A stretch of DNA of 64,000 bases from Marsupella aquatica (lineage: Eukaryota > Plantae > Marchantiophyta). A program made the position numbers and the translations under genes. The stretch lies in NCBI GenBank assembly GCA_973895155.1, contig OZ316894.1, positions 310,001-374,000 on the forward strand, read 5' to 3'. This document shows, piece after piece, positions 1-12,100 of the stretch; the stretch's first letter is position 1; the number at the start of each line of letters is the position of its first letter. Under the pieces are notes generated by a model that ran no database searches, was not told where the DNA came from, and saw only the letters and a program-made list of their open reading frames with translations.

Positions 1-245
1 AGAAAAGTGTACAATTGGCCTAAAGAGTGTACATTTGGGCAATGAAAAGTGTATATTTGAACATCAAAATAGGTACATTTGGCTTTAAAAATGTACATTT
101 GAGTACATTTGGCCTAGAAAGTGTACATTTGAGTGAAAGAAACATACATTTGGCTTAAAAAATGTACATTTAAGTGCATTTGGTCTAGAAAGTGTAACTT
201 TGAGTGCAACAAAGTGTACATTTGGCCTAAAAAGTGTACATTTTC
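1..245. repeat. Degenerate tandem array of AAAAGTGTACATTTGG-like units (~20-22 bp period)
   Basis: About 11 copies of a (A/G)TGTACATTT core are visible. The array is truncated by the window start. The same motif recurs at 15005-15090. Confidence 0.85.
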
Positions 246-550
246 CTACCAACTCTTATTATAATCATTTAAAAGAAAGAACTGAATAGAAAAATATTTT
301 TAATTATGCAAAAAAGCAAACATTCATATTCATAACGATCAAAAGTTTAGAAAATGAGGAGATAGTATAACTAACACTCAATGGCATGGTCTCACAGTAA
401 AACTATTAGAATAGTAAATAACTAGTACGTAAGTTACTATGTTTGAATGAGTGACTATCTTACATAAAAACTAGTCACTATCTATTTAATTATTATAGCT
501 TCTAACAACTAAGTCTACTTGTCCATCCTTTGAAGATAACTTTGGACAGT

Positions 551-3500
551 TTATAGAACATTTCGAGGAATCTTCAAACCTCTGGCCGCCATGTTTTCTT
601 CTTTCATTCCAGATTTAAAACCATACATTGCAGAATTTGCATACTGCCAATGTTGAGCGTTCTCACTAAACCCTGGATCTCGTTCCCATGTCTTAGTGGA
701 CATGAAGCAGTTTAGATATCGTGCACTCTCAGTCACATCAAGTTTAGAGTGTTTAGGCCTCCACCATTCGACTGGAAACATTGGAGCATATTTTTGAGGC
801 AGAGGAGGGTTTGTTGGAGATGTAGTTGGGACTTCATGCTTAGGGTCCACCAAACCCAAAGCTCTCACCAACCAGAAATGACCTCCACCATTTTTATTCT
901 CCCAGTCATCCTTGGGTCGAAGAAATACAAAGTTCCCTTCACGAATATCCTGTAGGGGAATCCACCGTCCTTGTTCTCTCTCAGCTCAAGATCCAACAAA
1001 TGGTGCTGCTTGATCTTCCATCTCTTCCAAGACCTCATTTTGAAGAGCCGTCATCTCTGCATTCTCCTCATCTTCACTTGGAGGACTACTTTGTTCCGGT
1101 TGGTTGACCTTGTAACCAGTGCCGTGGTTAGTCTTAGGCCAAAATCCATTTTTCAAGGGAAATTGAGTACTTCCCTCCCCTTCTAGTGCGAGCCCATTTG
1201 TCAACAACTCCACAATTCTCTCCCAATATTTCACAAGAGGAAATCTTTCCTTATATGCTATAGATGTCTCATCAGTGCAACTCCTTCTCAAAAAATCAAG
1301 GTACTTGTTAAGAAATGGGATAATCTCTTCAGATTTTTTGTGTATCTCTCCAATGGATTTAGCTAAGGGCTCTCCACTAGGTAAAAGAAGAGAATTTGTT
1401 GTCAGATCTGTTGCCCAAATGCACCTTCCTCCAACTGGAGCCCAAGCTTGCTTTACATGGGACTTATATTGAAATATTGGTACATTATCTCTCATAGAGA
1501 AAAGAAATGACACGGGTTTTGAGTGACCTTGAATATCTTTAACTTTGAAAGTTTGAAGATATTCTTTGTAAGATGCAACTTCTTGTATCAATCTAGAAAC
1601 TGGATGAATGCTCTCACATTCCCAAACCTCTGCCATAAGAGCAAGGAGAGTTGCAACTTCCTTGTGCTGAACTTGATATGATACCTTCAAAAAGAGTGCA
1701 TCAACATCTTCGTGCATATGACCAACCATTAGAAAAGACATTTGAACAGTTTCAAATACTCCTCTACTCACAAGCTCACTACAAAATGCCATGACAGTCT
1801 GGTTTTTGTTATCCTTTGCTGAGTTATCCATTTGTAGTGTTAGGTGCCTTGGCAAGGGCTTGGAAGATGGACTGCCTTGTTCCCCATGCATGTCCCCTCC
1901 TTGATCCTCACCATGTTGGGTGGAGACCGTCTCCGTTTGACTCTCGGCTGCATCTTCAGAACCAATATACCTATTCATTGGAATACTTGATCTTTGGTTC
2001 CAAATATCCCTTAAAAAATGCATCAAAGTCAAGAAGGGCTTGAAAGAAAGGTCTATGAGGTTCCAAATAAAGGCCATCCAACATGTCACCTGTCTTGTCT
2101 CCATTGTACTCTTCAAGGTCTCGAAGACACTTAGCCAAGGATGTCATCGTGAAATCAGCATCTTCTGGCCAAAGGCCAGTGACACTAAAGTGTGCATAGA
2201 CTCCTGGATCCCTTCCGTGGGTCAACATCCCTGTGAGAGCAATAGGTAGTGGCATCCCATGACCCGAAAGCAATTTAGGAGTACTAACCATTTTTGGAAT
2301 CCACGTCTTTGCTTGATCCATCTTGTTGTGAATGATGCAAAGATATTCCCCTGGATGTTGCTTAGCCATCACTCGATGAGCATAGTAAACATATCTACGT
2401 GACATCTGCTCACAAAGATGTTGCGCTCATTTTTCTTCAATTTCAGCACGTTCTTTTTTCCTTCTTTCTCGCATCAAACTTCTTTGTATTCACAACAGAG
2501 ACTACACTTGGCAAATGCACCATCTTTATGGAAACTGAAGTTTGCAAATGATTTGCTCCAAATCTTGTACAGAGTATTCTCTGTAATAGGGGGAAGCCCC
2601 TCTTCCTTCATCTTTGTTCTCACATCTTCCAAAATCTCCAACTTCTTGTAACATGCTAGAAGACGATACTCAATGGAGTCTGTCCCATGAGCCCCAACAT
2701 AAGGTATATGAGGCATGGGCTCTGCATTTCGAGTAAAAAAATCCTCCAACAGAGCTCTTGCATGCAAGGTATTTGACCTTGTTTTCATGGAGCCAGTGTT
2801 TCCATGGGTTTCCAATTTTGCAACCCTCCACATATCTCCTTTTGTAATCATAATATTTTGTGTGGCTAAAGCCATGGATGATTGCAAATGCATGTCTACA
2901 TACGACCATACCCTTGAGAACATGGTGCCCCTTATCACGAACATCATCTTCTCTATAGTGGAAGAGGTTGAAAATGTGTGATGTTTTTGACTCGCTAGAC
3001 ATCCCATGAAATTCTATCCGGATATCTTCTATGTCTTCTCTTGGCATAGTCAAACAACATTTCTGCTTGCAACAATTCTCTCTTTTAATTTCATCAATCA
3101 AAGCTTCCGTTGTTTTTGAAACTGCCTTGGTTTCCAACAACCTTCTCTTCTTTTCAATCGGATCTACATGAGTCCTCTTGTTGAAATTGTATGGCCTTGT
3201 GCGCGGCATTCCCCTATCATTTACATTTGGATAGAGATCATCCCTATCCACCGCCTCCATCCTCTCTGAACCTTCAACCAAAATGTCCGACAAAAATTTC
3301 CCGTTTGCAAGTAGTTTTGTTGAATCAATCCGCCACCGAACCAAAGTAATTACTCCCCTATGGAAGTTGGGAAAGTATTGTGATTCCACCACATCTTTCA
3401 CAGCAATCCCTACATGGTCCTTGCCAAGGATTTCATCGTCAACCGCCGTGGTTTCTTGAGGCACAGTGATGGTCCCCGTGGCAACCCTATTGGTTCGATC

Positions 3501-4280
3501 TGAACCGATGTATAGTTCAACCAACTCTGACATCCAATTTGACCGTTGGAAATAGTCACAATTAGTTGTAGAAATTTCAGCTGAGGGAGACTCCACAACA
3601 AAACTCCGCTCTATGTTGATATCATCACCCGCATCCTTCTTTGAGAAACTCTTTCTACTTCGGACATCTGCCACATCCCAGAGAACCCATGAGTCTTTTG
3701 CCTCGTCAATTGTGTCAGCCCCATTGTGTTTGTAAGGTAAAACCCTACTCCCATGAATGACATCAGTGACCCTCACACTGATCCGTGATTCACCAAGTAA
3801 AATGTTGTGACATCTTTCCATTGGATTTGTATTGAAAACAACTCCAAGGGCAACACAACACCCAAAGATGAACATTTCAACCTCATCCCCTTGCCTCAGA
3901 GTGGTCGATGAGTCCTCCTCTACAATTGGATTTTTCTCCAAATTACTCTTCGGTCGATTTGAACAACTACCTACATTAATGCATTTTTGAGAATTTGTTA
4001 TCGTTGATAGATATGCGCAAGACAAATCCCAAATAACGCAAGAATCAATGGCATCAAAAAGGTTTTCTGCCCGAGGCATTGGAAATGGTAGTTTTGTGGT
4101 TCGGTCAAAAACTTTCTCAATGAGAACGCCCATTCAATTCTCTCTCAACAATATCTTTTGAACACTATCTTGCGGGTTGATTTTTTGAACTGTCCTGCTT
4201 GCAACATCGTAACCACCACTTGTCAATATCACATTGTCGCCTCTCAAAAATATTCCGATCATTCCTACAACATGTTCACC
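551..4280 (-). pseudogene. Sola1/DUF7869-like DDD transposase, frameshifted, with three N-terminal Tnp1/En-Spm (Transposase_23)-like repeats
   Basis: Joins ORFs 2670-4133, 2474-3007, 1971-2405, 986-2116 and 551-871. Motifs: CCKQKC...VCRHAFAIIHGFS, FAKCSLC, CIIHNKMDQAKT, LQMDNSAKDNKN, FLMVGHMHEDVDALF. Probable splice acceptor (tgcag) near 4280. Confidence 0.75.
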
Positions 4281-4349
4281 TGCACAATTTAAAATGTAAA
4301 GTATTAGTTAACAATGGTCCCAACTAGGAAGCAGATAGGTGTGAACCCT

Positions 4350-5912
4350 ATCCAAGGACAGTGCGCAAATAGGGATCATCCCCATCAAGCAAAATAATAG
4401 GTCCATGAACAATCCTTAGCTAGCCCTAAGATCCCTGATCCCTATTCAGACGTTGGATAGGAATGATCCCTGTCCAGACGGTAGAGAGGTTCTGTCACTA
4501 TCCAAACAGTGGACATAGATGATCCCTGTAAACGGCGGACAGGGATCATCCCTATCCAAAATCCGGACAGGGATGATCCCTGCCAGAATGGCGGATAGGG
4601 TCTATCACTGTCCAAACGGCAAACAGGGACCATCCCTGCCTAAGCGGCGGATAGTGTCTATCATTGTCCAAAGGGCGGACACAGCTGATCCCTGTCCAAA
4701 TGGCGGATAGGGTCTATCATTGTCCAAACAATAGACATGGATGATTCAAGGTTCGGATCACTTAGGATCACTCAGTGATCCTATTAAGTAAAACCTTTCA
4801 TATTGGGGTCCCATAAAGCAAATACCTCAAACGGCAGAGAGGGATCATCCCTATCTAAATGGCGAACAGGGATCATCCCTATCCAAATGGCAGACAGGGA
4901 TCATCCCCATCCAAATGATGGACAGAGATCATCTCTATCCAAACGGTGGACAGGGATCATCTCTATCCAAAAGTCGGATAGGGATCATCCCTATCCAAAA
5001 TCCGGACAGGGATCATCTCTGCCAAAATGACGGATAATGTCTATCACGGCGGACAGGGATCTCGGGGGTTTCACTTCCACAAAAATGGCATATCACGTGC
5101 GACGAATGATAGGGTCATTTTATTGGTTCTAAGGGAAGACTTAAGAATTTTTGTAGAAGAACAATAGGGTCTTTTAAATTCAATTTTGAGACTTATAAGA
5201 ACATTAGGGTCTTTTTAATCCAAATTTTAGAATATTCCAAGAATATTCCAACTTTATAGGGGTTAAAAAATAAATTTTTTTTCTTACATTTTAGGGGGTC
5301 CAAGGCCTAAAAACGTCGCAGGCGATGGGGAGGTCCCCATATAGTGAGACCCCCGAGACAGGGATCATCCCTATCCAAATGGCGGACAAGGATCATCCCT
5401 ATCCAAAAGCCGGACAGGGATCATCCCCATCCAAACGGTGGACAGGGATCATCTCTATCCAAACGGTGGAAAGACATCATTCTTATCCAAACAGCACATA
5501 GGGATGATCCCTATCCAAACAGGTAACAGGGATGACCCTTGTACGGACAGTTAACCTGTACACACTAATTTAATGTTTGACCAAAGAAAGGTTGGATAGA
5601 GATTAAATCGCTATCCAAACGGTGGACATGGATCATCTCTATCCAAATGGCGGACAAGGATCATCTCTATCCAAATGGTGGACAGGGATCATCTCTATCC
5701 AAATGGTGGACAGGGATCATCTCTATCCAAATGCCGGACAGGGATCATCCCCATCCAAACGGTGGACAGAGATCATCCCCATCCAAACTTTGGACAGGGA
5801 TCATCCCCATCCAAACGGTGCACAGAGATCATCCCTATCCAAACGGTGGACAGACCCTTGTACGGACAATTAACCTCTACACACTAATTTAATGTTTGAC
5901 CAAAGAAAGGTT
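4350..5912. repeat. 28-bp-period array of the 21-bp palindrome GGAYAGRGAT(C/G)ATCYCTRTCC plus a 7-bp linker
   Basis: Example unit ggacagggatcatctctatccaaatggt repeats through 5624-5853 and 4836-5030. The array is interrupted by a MITE. A ~60-bp segment is duplicated at 5534-5593 and 5853-5912. Confidence 0.95.
5061..5357. mobile_element. MITE (297 bp), TIR CTCGGGGGTYTCACT, 8-bp TSD
   Basis: 15-bp TIR matches 14/15. Perfect TSD ACAGGGAT at 5053-5060 and 5358-5365. Confidence 0.92.
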
Positions 5913-6348
5913 CGATTGAGATGATCCCAATCGTGAGTTGGGCTGGATACCCCAACCTTAAGTAACTTAGATATACAATTCCTAAATTTGATACCAATGG
6001 AATATTCTATAATTAAGTTGAAAGTTAACTGTACTAGAAATGATTCTTCAACACAAAACTCACTTAGTTTATGTTGTCAAACCAAGTAATAAAATACTTT
6101 GTTGAAGGGGTAGTTATCAGTAAGCTGGTAAACTAAATGCTTCAGGGGTGTGGAAGAAATTAAAACTAGATGTTCTGTCTAGAAAACAAGAGTGGCTCAA
6201 TGGGGCTCCGTAATGAACGGACCTGGTTGAGAGACTGAATGAAAATATAGAAATGAAAATACCAAATGAGGACCAGCCGGACCAGCCCAAGTATCTTATA
6301 CCATTTGTTCAAGATCGCTCTTACGGATAAGGCGATGCGTGATCAGCC

Positions 6349-6680
6349 TTAAGCAACGGCGGAGTTTAGGGTCGAGTGGATGAGGTTAGGGTTTGCCTCG
6401 CACGGCTGTCTTGCCTCGCCTCGCACCTCGGCCTGCCACGTGTTGTGCCTCGCCTCGCACCTCGGCCTCACCTTGGAGGGGGGGGGTAAAGGAGGCAAGA
6501 GGTCCCACTTGGGCCTCATTCTTCTTCCCTCCTCCTCTTCGCTCCACTTCTGCGCCTCCGCTCCTTCGCTCCTCCGCTCTTGCGCTCCTCTACTCCTCCG
6601 CCACATTTGCTTCCAGTCTCCCTAGGCCCCACTCCACCTCCACCTTCACACTAGAGTTTCTGCCCTAGCCGCCATGTTAC
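6349..6680. promoter_or_regulatory. GC-rich putative promoter/5' UTR region between the divergent genes
   Basis: GC-rich island with GCCTCGC repeats, a CT-rich tract and a telo-box (ttagggttt at ~6385) in otherwise AT-rich DNA. Confidence 0.35.
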
Positions 6681-6683
6681 TTG

Positions 6684-8502
6684 TGTAGTATTGCATTAAG
6701 GACATAAATCAGCATTTAATGCCCAAAACTCGGTATTCGTTCCCATGGAAGAACATGTTGGGAATGGTTTTCTATCAATTAACACTTATGAATGACTAAG
6801 GTGTCAAAAACACAAAGGTGAGCCTTTTACTATGGATGCTCAGCAAGGCATAGATTTAAATGTTTGCTTAACATTATAAATACGATTAACAAAATGGAAT
6901 AAATTAAAAAAACACAAGAAAATCTTGAGGTATGATGAGGGAGTCTGGAATAGACCAAGGTAACTCCTCAACAACACTTAATTTGTGATGATTTAAGGTG
7001 ACAAATCCGTAAGAACATTTCTGGAATGAAATACTTTACTAGGATGATTATTAAAATGCCGTCAACATATCTTAACCTTTCCTTCCAAGGTACTCAGGTA
7101 GGATTAATAACCAATCACTTCAGCATCCAGTCGGTACTCCGAGTCACGAATAATGAACACCATCATCGTCAAACTAAAGTCATAGGTAATTGGTCAATAA
7201 CATCCTTTGCATCCCGTGCAAAAGCAATGTCATGCCAAAAACTTATGCATCAAGAACTTAGGAATGTATAGCCTTCACCAATTAAGGAATCTATCTCCAT
7301 ACATTCAAAAGATTTCATCATTTCACAAGGTTTTACTTCTCTGGTTTGATCTCCAACATTCAAACACAAGGAAGGGGGAAGAATTCCTTTGTATTAATCA
7401 CTCATGCAAATACAGAGTTTCTCTCTACAAAGTGAAGCCTTGTCATGCTGCAAATTTCCTTTGTATTAATCACTCATGCAAATACAGAGTTTCTCTCTAC
7501 AAAGTGAAGCCTTGTCATGCTGCAAATTTGCAACATAGTGCTTACATAATTCTTGCACATTTCAAATGACATAAATTCTACTTTATATAGGCTGGTAGAA
7601 ACCCAAGGAGAGAGAAAATGAAAGGACATGCCCTTTCATGCCTCAAGGGTTCTTGAACTAAAGTAAAAATAACAAAGGTGTGCTACAGTAGTACCTAAGG
7701 GTCACATGAGGGTTCCTGGTATATAAAACTAACCAAAAGGTATTGCAAATGTGAAATGTAAAAGTGACATTACGGTAAAACTAATGAATAGTGGCTTTGT
7801 CCTAATTTTAGTTTCTAAACCAAATATCAGTTTGAGATGAAACGTTCCCAGAGTATTCTCTTAGGTATAGTCTTCATGCTGGTAAAATCTCAGACTTTTA
7901 TGAGGTGTTTAGGTACTTCAATAAAATACCAAAAAGTACCGGAAATAAAGAACTACAGAAAATCGGAAAAAATTCTAAGTGTTGAAGGCATAAACACGTA
8001 AACTCGTAAAATCGTAAAGACGTAATCGCGGTGCAGCAAAAACTTAGCAGATTCAAACATTTTTAACTTCCTAGCTATAAGTCGGCTTGAGCTGAAACTT
8101 TCAGGAATGATTCTACTGCGTAATGACTACCTCCTGAAAAAGTATGAAACTTTTCTGACCATGAGAACTATTAAACTAAAATATCAGAGATCGGCTGATC
8201 GTGGTAATTGCACACAGAGCTCATTTTTGATGAAGTGCTTTGGAGTCCGGTTCTTGAATCTTCTAGTCTGCATTGCTTCTCCAATGATGTCCAGTCTTCT
8301 TTCTTGGTAGCATGCAAAGAGCAAGGATTTATATGGCGATCCTTGTCCAATAGAGGCAATAGCCTCCGATGAAGCATAACATCAGGTAAAGTGTTCAGTT
8401 GATCTAAATTGCTACAAAAGGTAGCTATATTACACCTTTGAGCTAGAAAAAGTTCAAAATTTATAAATTTTCCATCATTTCCAACTTATCTACTGCATTA
8501 CA
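6684..8502. mobile_element. TG...CA element, family A short copy 1 (solo-LTR-like, 1819 bp)
   Basis: Begins TGTAGT, ends ATTACA. 5-bp TSD ACTTG at 6679-6683 and 8503-8507. Homologous to 38422-40457 and, inverted, to both ends of 16428-28377. Confidence 0.92.
7384..7527. repeat. Perfect 72-bp tandem duplication inside family A copy 1
   Basis: ttcctttgtatt...gctgcaaat occurs twice. Confidence 0.9.
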
Positions 8503-8730
8503 ACTTGCCCTAGATCTAACACTCTGTGATCCTCCACGTGTCCGTACAGCCACGTGTCACAATATGGATCCATCTAGACCTATTCATGTATCTTTGGTCA
8601 TTGAGCCAACAGAGGAGATAGACCTCTCCTCCATTGAGGATGTGATAGACACGGGCCGAAAGGATTCTAGAGCCTTCCAATTGCTCAATCCAAGTGAGTA
8701 TCTCGGTAACAAGTTGAATATTTGTGCAGT

Positions 8731-9135
8731 GGACAAAGATGATCTCTGTCCAAGTAGAGTCCAAGTAGAATATAGTGATCTTTATTAGGAATTGGATAGA
8801 GATGATCTCTGTCCAAACTGAGGACAGAGATCATCCCTGTCCAATTGGATATGGATCATCTATTATTTTCCAAAATGACAATAGAGGATGTCCAACCAGA
8901 GGATCAAAATTGTCATATTAGAGGATGCTGAGGATCTTTATTTGGAATTCGATAGAGATCATCCCTGTCCAATTCCTAATAAAGATTATCAGTATCCTCT
9001 GATCGAACAAAGATGATCTTTATTAGGAATTGGACAGAGATCAACCCTATCCAAGTACAGGATAGAGATCATCCCTATCCAAGTACAGGATAGAGATCAT
9101 CCCTGTCCAATTGGATAGGGATCATCTCTGTCCAA
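8731..9135. repeat. Second array of the same 21-bp palindrome, immediately upstream of the ParB-like gene
   Basis: About 10 units, e.g. ggatagagatcatccctatccaagtaca at 9060-9115. Confidence 0.9.
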
Positions 9136-9194
9136 ATTGTGAGAGAACCTCATCTTTGTCAATTACAAAATTAAGATTTTCCAAACTAATATGC

Positions 9195-12100
9195 ATGGAT
9201 GGGACTATTGCAGAGAGCGATCTAAATGGATTGAAACCAGCAATTTCAGAATCAGATTGCTCCGAGGGAGTCTTGTTGGAGTAGAGCAAACAAGATTTTC
9301 GTTGGGGCCTTGAGTTCTCTCGAGTTGATTTCGATTTCCTTAGCACGTCAGAGAGACGGGATCCCATTTTGTGCATAAAGGTTAGAACAGGAGATCAAGA
9401 GACGCTTGTACTCGGACCTGTAGTCTTCATTGGAATTGAAGGAAGAGGGTTTGTTTCCGTCATTCTCAAGCTCCATGAAAGGATACGATGGGTTAAGCTA
9501 CATCTACCATCAAAGGCGTATTCTTCAGAGTTCAATGTTGAGTGGTCTGCTGCTAGAGAACTTGGCGTGTTGGCAATGGGCTTTTTCCCTAAGTCGTATT
9601 CAACTCAAAAGGTGATTGTTGGAGTGAAGGGGATTCTTCCACTTGACATCATGTATGGGTTTCAATATGTGAAGCTGAATATCCATAAACACCAAGGGAA
9701 TTATATATTTCCGATGACATGGATTTTAAATAATTTGCTCGACAAGGCAGGATTCCTATCTTTGGAGTCAGGTGTTTGCCTTGACAAGGAAATTGCATTT
9801 GCGGAGGAGTTTGCGATGGATAATGCAAAAAGTGGGTAGAATCATTACCCAAGCCTACAAATATTGCACCACTAGCGGTGAACGAGCTTCCAGTAGTTGC
9901 TAACAAAGAAGTTCCCAAACCTAGAAAAATTTCTCAGGAGACAACAACAAGGACTGCAAGAACAACGGCTGGGACAAGCACCAAACAAGTGGTAGGGAAG
10001 CGAAGACTAAGAGAGAGGAAGGAGCGCGAGAAAATTGAGACATTGCCGAAGGAACCCGCAAAGAAGCCAGTAGCGAAGAAACAAAAAACTGACAAGTCTG
10101 TTGTGCAGTCAACCCCTATGGACGTACAGATGCTCCCAGAAGATGAGGGAGACAAACTTGACGCCCCTGAGGAGAAGAAGGTCTTAGAAGGAAATGATGT
10201 TCTCCAATGAATAGAGCAGTACTATACTTTTGGGATAAATGAACTGTTTTCTATTCCTGTGGAGAAAATTATGCCTGCACGTGCAAGATTATGTTACAGG
10301 ATGCTCAGTAGTACCCATGTGAAGCACATAGCTGAATCCATGGTAAAAAATCCTGGACATGAACCTCACGTCGCGGACCTGCTTCCTTACAGTCCGAAGC
10401 TTAGAAAGTTGCTCCATTTTGACAGCACGGAGAACGACCGCAAAGACTTTCTTGCAGGAGTGAAGAAAGGCAAGATTGGTTTCCTTTGCCATCAGTGGGC
10501 AACATTCGGCTAGGGCGGCCAAGTGGGTTCTTGAATGGGCTAAAACTGATGCCAAGCTGATAGTGTTGGCAAAAAAGTTAAAATACAAGAAGTCTAGATT
10601 ATTGTCAGACCTTACACCATTGGCTGTATTGGTTGAGCACTCAATGAGATCAAATGCCATCAATTCGACGATGGTGTTTCAATCGTGATTCAAAGATACA
10701 ATTGTTCATGCAAGGAAACAATTCCTTGAATGCGGAGCACCAAGAAAGCCAAAGCACGGGGACAACAAGTCAAACGCCCAAGAGAGTCAAAAAAATTAGG
10801 TGAGAAACATTTTTCTTGTTTGGACAGAGATGGTCTCTGTCCAAGAGTGTGACCGTCCGTTACATTGATTTTAGTTCAATATGTTTTTGGTTATGACTTG
10901 GATGGAGATGGTCTATGTCCAAGAGTGTGATCGTCCATTCCAGAGATTTCTCTTCCTTTTACTTTTGGTTATGACTTGGATGGAGATGGTCTCTGTCCAA
11001 CAAGCAAGTGATAGTTTGTTGTCAAATCTCATTGATTGTAGATAACTTATTTTCCCCTAATTTTTTACTGTAGGGTTATTTGGCATTGGCAAGGATGACC
11101 ATGGGGAGAAAAGACTTGAAAAATGTATATTGGTTGCTTTTTGCCGAGAATGATCTTTTCGAGCTCTGGCGGTTAGTGTGCCAGATGTGGATTGATGGAC
11201 ATCTTCCTGATGGAGCTAGTACACAGGGAAACAAAAGGTCCAAAAAGGGTATAACGATCGCAATTGTTTCATTGTTTTGATGGTGAAATCTCAAATAGAG
11301 ATTTGACCAGAATTTTGAACAAGGTGAAGTTAGGTAAGGTTTTATTGAAGAAGGAACCGACAAATAAGTCAGATGTTCCAGCAATGGAGGACTTTGCAAA
11401 GGAGGTGAAGATATTGATCAAACTGAAGTCTCTTATTGGAGATTACTACTTCAAGAAGGATCCAAAAAACTTCCCAGCAGATAGTGATTGGGTTAAAGTA
11501 ATTGAGGTCCTCCCATTGTTAGGTGCCGAGTCGGAGTTGAACAGGTGCCAAAGAGCGGCTGGTGAAGTATGGTTGACAAATTTATTGAAGTCTAATCATA
11601 CAAAGGAGAGTGAGATATTGCCAATGACATTGGTGATGCGTCTAGATGATATTTATTGTCAGAAGTTTGGCGGTGGGACAAGTTCTCGGACCCAACCGTG
11701 GGTCACATTTTTAGTAACAACCTAATGAAGATAGTGGATCCGGAGTTGTTGGAAGAACAATCTCCAACATGCCCTCTTGCAATTGTTGATTTCAGCCAAC
11801 TTCAATAGAAGGAGTGGACCAAAGCAGAGATTTTGGTACTCTTCCCATACATAGTAGAGCTACCACAAAATCCCACCATTGTTGTGATGATAACTGTCCA
11901 TCCGGGTTACCTTGTACTGAATGTCCTAAGCGCTCTTCGTAAATTAGGACATTCAAAAACTCTGACTATTCACATTGAGTATGGGAGTTATTACTGAGAT
12001 GATCAACCTCACCCTCACGACTCATGTTGGAAGGGAGGAATAGAAGAAGTTATCTTTGCGGGAATTTCTCACGAAGAGAACGTCAGCTGGGATGAAGTGT

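Noticed and set aside
4442-5892. Short ORFs with GQGSSLSK/DRDHPYPN repeats
   Set aside because: Translations of the 28-bp repeat in all frames.
4350-5912. CRISPR array
   Set aside because: Linkers are only 7 bp and near-constant, there are no cas genes, and the context is eukaryotic.
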